64,000 nucleotides of DNA, taken from assembly GCA_963803435.1 (NCBI GenBank), contig CAWDML010000001.1:2112001-2176000 (forward strand), read 5' to 3'. Source of the stretch: an uncultured delta proteobacterium (GTDB taxonomy: Bacteria; Myxococcota; Kuafuiibacteriia; Kuafuiibacteriales; Kuafuiibacteriaceae). Below the pieces are notes generated by a model. The model made no database searches and was not told the origin of the DNA. It saw only the letters and a list, made by a program, of their open reading frames with translations. Positions 10,743 through 19,056 of this stretch are shown here, piece by piece (the first letter of the stretch is position 1; each line of letters opens with the position of its first letter). Made by a program: the position numbers and the translations under genes.

Positions 10743-13079
10743 GTGCGACACCGCGGCAGCTTCTTCCGCGGGCTGCCGAGGCCAGGCAAGCTGGAGGTCG
10801 TGCGGGTCTGTCCGCGATGTCGTTCGATCTACGCGACCCGGGTTCAATGGTGCGGGATCGACAACACGGCGCTCGTCGACCAGCCGCACGATCCGCTCAT
10901 CGGCAACGACCTCGAGCGGTACCGCATCGTCGAGAATCTCGGCGTCGGCGGCATGGGCTGCGTCTACCGCGCAAGCCACGCGTTCATCGAGCGCGAGTAT
11001 GCCATCAAGGTCCTATTCGGCGACTTCGCCGGTGATCCGAAGTTTCGGGAACGCTTCCGCCGGGAAGCGAAGAGCATCAGCCAGATCCGACACCCGAACA
11101 TCGTGACGGTCGAAGACTTCGGTACGACGCCGGAAGGGTTGACGTTCCTTGCGATGGAGCTCGTGCACGGCCGCACGCTCGAGCAGGCGATCGAGGAGGA
11201 GGCCCCGTTCTCCCCGGTGCGCGCCGCCCAGATCGTCCGGCAGGTGGTGGCGGGCCTCGGCGCTGCCCACTCGCTCGGCTTCATCCACCGAGACGTCAAG
11301 CCTTCGAACATCATGCTCTCCGATCAGCAGGGCCTCGAGCTGGTCAAGATCCTCGACTTCGGCGCCGTCAGCATGCGCAGCGTTCCGGTCGATCAGCGGC
11401 TCACCAGCATCGGGCACATCATCGGGACGCCCACGTACATGGCGCCCGAGCAGAGCCAGGATCCGAACGTCGGCCCGCCTGCCGACCTCTACGCCGTCGG
11501 CGTGATCCTCTACGAGATGCTGACCGGAACCGCGCCGTTCGTGGGCAAGGGCCGCGCCGAGGTCCTCATCAAGCACATCATGGAGGAGCCGCCCAAGGCG
11601 CCTCCCAGCCGCGGCCTGGAGCGGCTCGTGGCGGGGCTCCTGAAGAAACAGCCGAGCGATCGACCGCAGGCCGCCCTCGAGGTCATCCGGATGATCGACA
11701 TGCTCGGCCTCGATCTCGCGATCGTCAGCGATCCGCCCCGCAAGGCCCAGTCGACGCTGCGGACCGCCGAGATCCCCGGTCGGGGGCTCCGCGTCGACTC
11801 GGGCGCCATCTCGTCGCGGATCGCGGCGCCCACGATGGATCCGGCCGATCAGCCCACGCCGCAGAGCGACCGCGACGTGATCGGCTACGACACGTTCCCC
11901 TCGCTCGGCCCCGAGGACGCCGCCGAGTGGGCCGACTGGACCCACGAGGGCGGGACCATGCGGACCGATCTCGAGTACGAGTTCGGCGGCCCCACGATCC
12001 CGATCGACAGCAGCTCGCTCGATCGCGACTCGGGCGCGGACACCGATCCCCGCATGGTCGATCCTGCGGAGGTCACCGACGACATCCGCGAGACCCGGCC
12101 GTTCGACATGCGTCCGGCCCTTCACTCGTCGCAGGATCTGCCCGAGGGCGGGCCGGTCATGATCCGCGACGACGGCCCGACGCAGGTCGACTTCTCGTTG
12201 CTGCCCGCGCTGCAGATGCCACGGGTGACCACCGACGACATGCCGACCGGCGATCTCGACACCGCCCGCACGCTCAGCGACGACGTGGGGACGTCGCCGG
12301 GCGCACCGACCATCCGCGACACCGAGCTCCCGCTCGACCTCGACGGCCCGACCGGCGACCTGCCCCCCGCCCCAACTTTGGAGCTTCCACCGGTCCTCGG
12401 GGCCCGCTCGGGCAAAGCCCTCGCACCCGACTCCGCTCGCGGGGGCTCGCTGCGCGCGCCGCTTGCAGACGGGGCCCGCTCGGGCAAAGCCCTCGCACCC
12501 GACTCCGCTCGCGGGGGCTCGCTGCGCGCGCCGCTTGCAGACGGGGCCCGCTCGGGCAGAGCCCTCGCACCCGACTCCGCTCGCGGGGGCTCGCTGCGCG
12601 CGCCGCTTGCAGACGGGGCCCGCTCGGGCAGAGCCCTCGCACCCGACTCCGCTCGCGGGGGCTCGCTGCGCGCGCCGCTTGCAGACGGGGCCCGCTCGGG
12701 CAGAGCCCTCGCACCCGACTCCGCTCGCGGGGGCTCGCTGCGCGCTCGGATTGTGGACGAGGGTGGCAAGGGGCTTGCCAACGGCGACGTCGGCTCCGGC
12801 GACGCCCTCGCACCTGGAGGGCTGGCGATCGACCGCGGCGCGGATTTCCTCGAAGACTCGGAGGAGAGCCTCAAGGCGCGCGTGATTCCGGTGTACGAGT
12901 CGACGACCGACCGGGCGGCGGCGAGCACGGCACGGACGGTCCGAACCGTGACGCTGATTGCGCTGGTCTTCCTGCTTTCGATGGTGATCGTCTCCGTCGT
13001 GCTCTGGTTCGGACACACGCAGCGGGAGCCCGTGGTGATCGACAGCAGCGCGCAGTCGAGCGTCGCCCCCGAGCAGTGA
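10743..13079 (+). CDS. Ser/Thr protein kinase with N-terminal CxxC zinc-ribbon-like motif, acidic linker, internal 24-aa repeats and C-terminal TM helix
   Basis: CPRC...C; GVGGMG, AIK, HRDVKPSN, DFG, GTPTYMAPE; repeat GARSGKALAPDSARGGSLRAPLAD; TM LIALVFLLSMVIVSVVLWF. Confidence 0.88.
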   Translation: MRHRGSFFRGLPRPGKLEVVRVCPRCRSIYATRVQWCGIDNTALVDQPHDPLIGNDLERYRIVENLGVGGMGCVYRASHAFIEREYAIKVLFGDFAGDPKFRERFRREAKSISQIRHPNIVTVEDFGTTPEGLTFLAMELVHGRTLEQAIEEEAPFSPVRAAQIVRQVVAGLGAAHSLGFIHRDVKPSNIMLSDQQGLELVKILDFGAVSMRSVPVDQRLTSIGHIIGTPTYMAPEQSQDPNVGPPADLYAVGVILYEMLTGTAPFVGKGRAEVLIKHIMEEPPKAPPSRGLERLVAGLLKKQPSDRPQAALEVIRMIDMLGLDLAIVSDPPRKAQSTLRTAEIPGRGLRVDSGAISSRIAAPTMDPADQPTPQSDRDVIGYDTFPSLGPEDAAEWADWTHEGGTMRTDLEYEFGGPTIPIDSSSLDRDSGADTDPRMVDPAEVTDDIRETRPFDMRPALHSSQDLPEGGPVMIRDDGPTQVDFSLLPALQMPRVTTDDMPTGDLDTARTLSDDVGTSPGAPTIRDTELPLDLDGPTGDLPPAPTLELPPVLGARSGKALAPDSARGGSLRAPLADGARSGKALAPDSARGGSLRAPLADGARSGRALAPDSARGGSLRAPLADGARSGRALAPDSARGGSLRAPLADGARSGRALAPDSARGGSLRARIVDEGGKGLANGDVGSGDALAPGGLAIDRGADFLEDSEESLKARVIPVYESTTDRAAASTARTVRTVTLIALVFLLSMVIVSVVLWFGHTQREPVVIDSSAQSSVAPEQ
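12399..12747 (+). repeat. 72-bp tandem repeat, about 4.8 copies, in frame within the kinase
   Basis: Units start at 12399, 12471, 12543, 12615 and 12687. Unit ggggcccgctcgggca(a/g)agccctcgcacccgactccgctcgcgggggctcgctgcgcgcgccgcttgcagac; the full copies differ only at that position. Confidence 0.97.
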
Positions 13080-14182
13080 CCCGGCTCGATCGTTACCTGC
13101 TCCGCGAGGTCCTGGTGCCGCTGGCCGTCTCGCTCGGCGTGGTGGTCGGCCTCATCTTCTTGCTGCAAGCCCGGCGCCTCGCCACCGCGGCGCTCGGCCT
13201 CGGGCTCACGCTCGAGGACGCGGGCGTCATCTTCGTGTCGGCGCTGCCGCCCTTCTTGGTCCTGGCCGTGCCGATCGCGTACCTGCTTTCGGTCCTGATC
13301 GGCCTCGGCCGGCTCGCCAACGACCTCGAGCTGGTGGCGATGATGAGCACCGGGGCCGGTCCGCTCCGGATCGCGCGGGTGCCCATGCTGCTGGGCGCGG
13401 TGATCAGCTTGGCGGCGCTACCGATCGCGCTGTACGGCGAGCCGCTCGGGATGAACGCGCTGCACGATCGTCTGATCGACGTGGGCCTGCGGAACCTGAC
13501 GCGCGCGGTCCAGCCGGGCGTCTTCAACGAGGACTTCCGGGGCAACGCGGTCTTCGCCAGCGGCGTGGACGAGGACGGCCGGCTCACCGACGTGCTGGTG
13601 TTCGACGAGCGCAACGCCGATCGTCCGGTCCTGGTAACGGCGCGGCGGGGCGTGTTCGAGACCTCTCCGGCGGCCGGGATCGTCTTCACGCTCGACGACG
13701 GTGAGCTGCACCTGGGAGAGGCCTCGGATCCAGAGAGATACGATCGCGTATCCTTCAAGAGCGCGCAGCTTCGCCTCGACGCCGAGCAGGAGCTCTTCCG
13801 TCGCACCCGCTTCGTCCAGAGCCCGATCACCCGCATGACCGGCGACGAGATGTGGGCGGAGATCGCGCGCACCGAGCACGAGAGCCCGCCCTACGCGCGC
13901 CGGGTCGAGCGCACCTACTGGCGCCGGTTCGCGCTTCCGACGATGGCGTTCGTCTTCGGGATCATCGCCAGCGCGATCGCGCTGGCCGGCGGCGTGCGCG
14001 CCCGGACCAAGAACGCGATCCTCGGCATCCTGGCCGTGCTCGCCTACTACCTGCTCACGCGCGTCGGCGACTGGGCGGTCCTCAAGCTGGAGGGCACGCC
14101 CTTCTGGGCTGCCTGGGTCCCGAACGCCGTGATGCTCGCGATCGGCCTCTTCGCGCTGGTGCGCGCCGGACGACCTCGATGA
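13076..14182 (+). CDS. lptF: LPS export ABC transporter permease LptF
   Basis: GTG 13076: (M)TRLDRYLLREV...LGRLANDLELVAMMSTGAG...QPGVFN...AAWVPN, the LptF/G family pattern. Overlaps the kinase stop. Confidence 0.85.
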   Translation: MTRLDRYLLREVLVPLAVSLGVVVGLIFLLQARRLATAALGLGLTLEDAGVIFVSALPPFLVLAVPIAYLLSVLIGLGRLANDLELVAMMSTGAGPLRIARVPMLLGAVISLAALPIALYGEPLGMNALHDRLIDVGLRNLTRAVQPGVFNEDFRGNAVFASGVDEDGRLTDVLVFDERNADRPVLVTARRGVFETSPAAGIVFTLDDGELHLGEASDPERYDRVSFKSAQLRLDAEQELFRRTRFVQSPITRMTGDEMWAEIARTEHESPPYARRVERTYWRRFALPTMAFVFGIIASAIALAGGVRARTKNAILGILAVLAYYLLTRVGDWAVLKLEGTPFWAAWVPNAVMLAIGLFALVRAGRPR

Positions 14183-15288
14183 TGTTGCGCGCACCCTGGT
14201 TCGGCTTGTTCGGCCGGCAGCTGGCGCGCGACGTGGTGAAGAACGCGCTGTTGACCTTGCTCGCGGGGCTGGCCCTGTTCGTCGCGGTCGACTTCGTCGA
14301 GGCGGGCAACCTCGTCCGCGACGACGCGCCCTTCGCCTCGCTCTTCCGGCTCGAGCTCTACAACCTGCCCCTCGTGATCCAGCAGATCGGCCACCTGGCC
14401 GCCGTGATCGGCGCGGCCACGGCGACCGCAGCGCTCCTCCGGCGCGGCGAGGTGGTGGCGATGCTCTCGGCCGGTGCTCCGCCCTCGGCGCTGTTGAAGC
14501 CCGCGCTCCTGGTCGGTGTTGCGTTCGCGCTCGCGTACGCCGGTCTCACCGAATGGATCGTCCCCCCGGCCCGGGCTGAGGTGAGCGCGCTCCGTCGTAC
14601 GCTCGGTCTGCCGGTGAAGGAGACCGAAGCCCTGCGCCGGCATCAGACCTGGTTCCGAGGCAAGGATTGGATCTATCGGGTGCGCGACATGGAGGACGAG
14701 GACGGACGCGTGCTCGCCGGGGTCACCATCCTCGACGTCGAGGACGGGCGCCTCCGCGATCGCTGGGAGGTCGAGCGGCTCGTGCACACGCCGGAGGGGT
14801 GGCGGGGAGAGGGCATCCTGCGGCGGAGCTTCGCGGGAGACGCGCTGACGACCCGGCGCTCGAGCTCGGCGCCGCTCGACCTCGACGAGGCGCCGGAGGA
14901 CTTCGTGCGGAGCATCGGCGCGCCCGAGCGGATGCGATACCTCGCGCTCCGCGACGCGGTGACGGCGAGAGAGCGGCTGGGCCAGCCGGCGATCGAGCAT
15001 CGCCTCGAGCTGTACGGTCGGCACGCGCACCCGCTGTCGCTCTTGTTCTCGGTGTTGCTGGCGGTGGCGGCGGCGCTTCGGATCGGGCGGAAGCCCAGCC
15101 TGGCAGCGGCGCTGGCGGTCGGCGCCGGGCTCGGCTTCGTGCTCTGGATCCTCGACGAGGTCGGGCTCGCGCTGGGGTCGACGTCCGCGCTCCCGCCGGA
15201 GCCGGCGTCACACGCAGGGATGGCGCTGGTCGTGGTGCTGGCGGTGATCGCCTGGATCCGCGCCTTTCGGCGGGGCGTGTCCGACTGA
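14179..15288 (+). CDS. lptG: LPS export ABC transporter permease LptG
   Basis: Paired with lptF (ATGA overlap); LLRRGEVVAMLSAG motif; TM-periplasmic-TM layout. Confidence 0.8.
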   Translation: MMLRAPWFGLFGRQLARDVVKNALLTLLAGLALFVAVDFVEAGNLVRDDAPFASLFRLELYNLPLVIQQIGHLAAVIGAATATAALLRRGEVVAMLSAGAPPSALLKPALLVGVAFALAYAGLTEWIVPPARAEVSALRRTLGLPVKETEALRRHQTWFRGKDWIYRVRDMEDEDGRVLAGVTILDVEDGRLRDRWEVERLVHTPEGWRGEGILRRSFAGDALTTRRSSSAPLDLDEAPEDFVRSIGAPERMRYLALRDAVTARERLGQPAIEHRLELYGRHAHPLSLLFSVLLAVAAALRIGRKPSLAAALAVGAGLGFVLWILDEVGLALGSTSALPPEPASHAGMALVVVLAVIAWIRAFRRGVSD

Positions 15289-15339
15289 GCCGATCCTGCT
15301 TGACCCAGCTCGGGTCCCATCCTATCGCGGGCCCCGAGC

Positions 15340-16335
15340 ATGGCGACCCTCCGCGACCTCCGGAAGCGCCTCAGGGCGGTCAGGAACACCGAGAAGATCA
15401 CGAAGGCGATGAAGATGGTCGCCGCCTCCAAGCTTCGTCGCGCGCAGAATGCGATCCTCCAGGCGCGCCCCTACGCCCTCAGGATGAACGAGGTCCTCGA
15501 GCACCTGGTCTCGACCACCGACGTCTCCGCGCACCCGCTGCTCGCCTATCGCATCCCGCGGCGTGTCGGGCTCGTGGTCATGTCGAGCAACCGCGGTCTG
15601 TGCGGCAGCTTCAACTCGAACATCGTCCGCACCGCCGAGCGCTGGATGCACAACGAGGGGGCGAAGTTCGAGGAGCTGCGCGTCGCTGCGATCGGACGCA
15701 AGGCGCGCGATCACTTCCGGCGCCGCAACACCAAGCTCCTCCAGAGCTGGGACGACGTCTGGGACAAACTCGAGTTCGACCGCGCCAACGAGATCGCCGA
15801 GACCCTCTCGGCCGAGTTTCGCCGCGCCGAGCTCGATGCCGTCTACCTCCTCTACAACGAGTTCAAGAGCGCGATCTCACAGAAGGTCGCGCTGGTGCAG
15901 CTGCTCCCGATCCGACCGCTGGACGACTGGGAGGAGAAGGCCTCGGTGAAGATCGGCGAGCTCGCGGCGATCTCCGGGAACGTCGCCGCGGTGGCCGGTC
16001 GCGCGGGAGACCTGGAGGTCGACATGGGCGAGGCGTGGCGGCCGGCCGTGAGCCTCGACGCCGGCGAGGTCGGCTTCGAGCACATCTACGAGCCCAGCCG
16101 GGACGCGGTGCTCGAGAGCCTCCTGCCGCTGCACCTGGCCGTTCAGATCTGGCGCGCGCTCCTCGAATCGACCGCCGCCGAGCATGGCGCTCGCATGAGC
16201 GCAATGGACGCGGCCTCCCGCAACGCCAAGGACCTGATGGGCAAGCTGACACTCAAGATGAACCGGGCGCGCCAGGCGGCCATCACCACGGAGCTGATGG
16301 AGATTGTCTCGGGCGCCGAGGCCTTGAAGGGGTAG
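15340..16335 (+). CDS. atpG: ATP synthase F1 gamma subunit
   Basis: KITKAMKMVAASKLRRAQ, SNRGLCGSFN, EHGARMSAM, RARQAAITTELMEIVSGAEAL. Confidence 0.97.
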   Translation: MATLRDLRKRLRAVRNTEKITKAMKMVAASKLRRAQNAILQARPYALRMNEVLEHLVSTTDVSAHPLLAYRIPRRVGLVVMSSNRGLCGSFNSNIVRTAERWMHNEGAKFEELRVAAIGRKARDHFRRRNTKLLQSWDDVWDKLEFDRANEIAETLSAEFRRAELDAVYLLYNEFKSAISQKVALVQLLPIRPLDDWEEKASVKIGELAAISGNVAAVAGRAGDLEVDMGEAWRPAVSLDAGEVGFEHIYEPSRDAVLESLLPLHLAVQIWRALLESTAAEHGARMSAMDAASRNAKDLMGKLTLKMNRARQAAITTELMEIVSGAEALKG

Positions 16336-16348
16336 AATCGCCCCCGCG

Positions 16349-17746
16349 TTGAGCGACGACGACCTCTCAGGTGCCGTCCTCGACGGCCGGTATCAGATCC
16401 TCGAGGTGCTCGCCGAGGGGGGCTTCGGCAAGGTCTACGTCGCCCGGCAGCTGAACATCGATCGCAAGGTCGCCATCAAGGTGATGCGGCGCGAGGCGCG
16501 GGCCAGCGAGGACCTGGTCCTCCGCTTCGAGGCCGAGGCCAAGATCATCTCGGAGCTTCGCCACCCCAACACGCTCAAGCTGTTCGACTACGGAAAGACC
16601 GACGAGGGCACGCTCTATCTCGTGACCGAGCTCCTCTCCGGGCGGCCGCTGTCGGCGCTGCTCGCGGAGGGCCCGCTCCAAGAGGCCGCCGCGCTCGAGA
16701 TCCTGCGCGAGGTCTGCCTCTCGCTCGACGAGGCCCACGCCCAGGGGATCGTCCACCGCGATCTCAAGCCGGCCAACATCTTCCTCGAGAAGGTCGGCGG
16801 CCAGGAGGTGGTCAAGGTCCTCGACTTCGGCGTGGCCAAGGTGAACCCGAACGAGGCCTTGGCGAGCCCTGGGACGCCGAACACGGTGGCGGGCACGATC
16901 GTCGGCACGCCCGCGTACATGTCCCCCGAGGCCGTCGACGCGCGGCCGATCGGCGCGAAGAGCGATCTCTACAGCCTGGGCGTGGTGGCGTACGAGTGCC
17001 TGACCGGCCGGCTCCCGTTCGTCGGATCGCCGATCGCTCAGATCGCGGGGCACGGGTTCGATCGACCCAAGCGACCGTCCACGCTCGCAGGCGCGCCGGC
17101 GCTCGATCGCCGCGTCGAAGACCTGGTGATGCGGCTCCTCGAGAAGGATCCGGACGCCCGCGCCGCGAGCGCCCACGCGCTGGCCGACGAGCTGGAGCGC
17201 TTGATGGACGCGCTCGCTGCGCCGGCTCCCGAACGACGCCGGATCGGCCCGATCCTCATCGGACTCGGCGCCGCGCTCGCCGGTGGCGTCCTGCTCGCGG
17301 CGCTCGCGTTTCCTCCGGAGCACCCCGCCGCGCCGGACGCCTCGACGCCCGACGCCGAGGCCCTCGCCGCGCTCGATCCTCCCGACTCCGGCCTCGCAGA
17401 TCGACTCGACGCCGGCCTCGATCTCGGCGGCGACGACGTCCGCGCGACGCCCGAGGTCGAGGGCTGGTCGGATCCCGACGCGGCCCTCTCGGTGCTGCGC
17501 GACCTCGCACCCGTGCTGGTCGACTGCTACCGTCTGATCGATGCCGATCCGCGGCCGCCCGTCACGATCACGTTCTCCGCGCTCCACTCGGGCACGACCG
17601 TGTCGGTGGAGCCAGAGAGCGAAGACTCCACGAAGGTCCGCGCCTGCTTCGCGTTCCGCCGCGGGCGACCGATCGTCTGGCCCGGGCGTGGGCGCGCCAC
17701 GCTCCGCCTGGCGCCGCGCGACGCGGGTGCCGCCGATGGCGACTGA
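16349..17746 (+). CDS. Membrane Ser/Thr protein kinase
   Basis: EGGFG, VAIK, HRDLKPAN, DFG, GTPAYMSPE; TM segment; small C-terminal domain with two Cys. Confidence 0.88.
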   Translation: MSDDDLSGAVLDGRYQILEVLAEGGFGKVYVARQLNIDRKVAIKVMRREARASEDLVLRFEAEAKIISELRHPNTLKLFDYGKTDEGTLYLVTELLSGRPLSALLAEGPLQEAAALEILREVCLSLDEAHAQGIVHRDLKPANIFLEKVGGQEVVKVLDFGVAKVNPNEALASPGTPNTVAGTIVGTPAYMSPEAVDARPIGAKSDLYSLGVVAYECLTGRLPFVGSPIAQIAGHGFDRPKRPSTLAGAPALDRRVEDLVMRLLEKDPDARAASAHALADELERLMDALAAPAPERRRIGPILIGLGAALAGGVLLAALAFPPEHPAAPDASTPDAEALAALDPPDSGLADRLDAGLDLGGDDVRATPEVEGWSDPDAALSVLRDLAPVLVDCYRLIDADPRPPVTITFSALHSGTTVSVEPESEDSTKVRACFAFRRGRPIVWPGRGRATLRLAPRDAGAADGD

Positions 17747-17814
17747 GCACACCGGCAGCGCGGCGGATTCTTCCTGATGCCCGGCGGCGCGTCGCTTGCT
17801 CCACCGAGGCACAC

Positions 17815-18225
17815 ATGGGGCGCGCCGAGCGAGCCGGCGGAGCGATCCTCGTGCTCCTGACCCTGGCGGCGTGTGAGCCCGACGTGCTCTACCGCGATCC
17901 CGATCCGGATCTCGACGCGGCCGCCACCGCGGTACCGATCGCCGGCGAGCTCGACCATCACCTTCGGACGCACTTCGGCGATCTGTTCGAGGGCTATCTC
18001 TAGCACAGCATCGTGGGGATGGATCCGGACGTCGATCCGGCCTCCGGCATCGTGGAGGCGATCGCGCAAAGCGCCACCTCGGCCGGTACCGGCGACCAAG
18101 CGCTCAGCATCCTCACCGGCGGGCTCCGCTTCCCCATCAGCGAGCCCGAGCGCTTCGGTGAGCTGTTCCGCACGATCGCGGACGCCACGGTAGCGACGAC
18201 GATCGAACGCACTCGGTGCGACTGA
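17815..18225 (+). pseudogene. Small putative lipoprotein interrupted by an in-frame TAG at 18001
   Basis: ATG 17815 with lipobox LLTLAAC; the same frame continues after the TAG (HSIVGMDPDVDP...) to TGA 18225. Confidence 0.45.
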
Positions 18226-18250
18226 GCCCGCGCTTGCGCTAAGATGCCGG

Positions 18251-18889
18251 ATGCTTCGGCGCGCCGCCCTGGCCGTCCTCGCGATCCTCGTCCTCGCCGG
18301 CGAGGCGCGCGCGCAGGGCTCGGACCCGCCGGAGTGGCCGGATCCCGGGAGCGAGGACCCGGTCGGTCCGAAGCTCTTCCCGCCCAACCCGCGGACCGAG
18401 GCGTTCGATCCCCCGGCCGAGCCTGATCCCAGCGCCGTCGCCGAGCCGGTGTACCGCATGAGCTGGTACGGCTGGCGCAACCTGATCGGTGACGGCGCCT
18501 CGGTCGCGCTGGCCTTCGTCGCCGCCGCCTCCGGCATCGGGCAGATCCTGATCGGCAGCACCCTCACGTACGCCGTCGGCGGACCGATCGCCCACTTCAC
18601 GGCGGGCAGCTGGGGGCGGGCGCTGATCAGTCTGGGCGCGCGGATCGCCGGCCCCCTGCTCTTCGGCCTGGTCGGACGCGCCGTCAGCTGCGCCGCGAGC
18701 CGGTGCAACGACCTCACCTCCGACCCGGCCGTGGTCATCTCCGCCCTGATCGGGGGCTTCGCGGCCGCCAGCTTCGACGACGCCTGGCTGGCCCGCCGGC
18801 AGGTGGTGGTGACACCGGCGATCGGCCTCGAGACGAGCGGGAGCAAAGCGAACGGACCGAGAACCCTGCGGGTCTCGGTCCCGTTCTAA
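18251..18889 (+). CDS. Hypothetical exported/membrane protein (WYGW motif)
   Basis: Signal peptide, Pro-rich linker, SWYGWRNL followed by Gly-rich hydrophobic helices. Confidence 0.7.
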   Translation: MLRRAALAVLAILVLAGEARAQGSDPPEWPDPGSEDPVGPKLFPPNPRTEAFDPPAEPDPSAVAEPVYRMSWYGWRNLIGDGASVALAFVAAASGIGQILIGSTLTYAVGGPIAHFTAGSWGRALISLGARIAGPLLFGLVGRAVSCAASRCNDLTSDPAVVISALIGGFAAASFDDAWLARRQVVVTPAIGLETSGSKANGPRTLRVSVPF

Positions 18890-19056
18890 ACCAAGGGACA
18901 CGAGGAGTCGCGCGACCGAGCCGGCGGTGAAGGTCCGGGATTCTCAGCCCGGTCGCGCGAGGACGAGTAAAGCAAGGGTCGGACCGTCCGCCCTCGCACC
19001 CGAAAGCGGAGCCGGATGGGGACTGGCCTCGCCAGCCCGTAGTATCCTCGATCGCC

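Noticed and set aside
12399-12747. CRISPR array
   Set aside because: The units are contiguous 72-bp copies with no unique spacers, lie inside a CDS, and no cas genes are present.
11927-13075. Long N-terminal extension of LptF containing the repeats
   Set aside because: This is an alternative open frame overlapping the kinase. LptF similarity begins at GTG 13076.
18918-19045. Group II intron domain V or known riboswitch
   Set aside because: gagccg starts resemble domain V, but the rest of the hairpin, domain VI and an RT ORF are absent. No riboswitch consensus was recognised.
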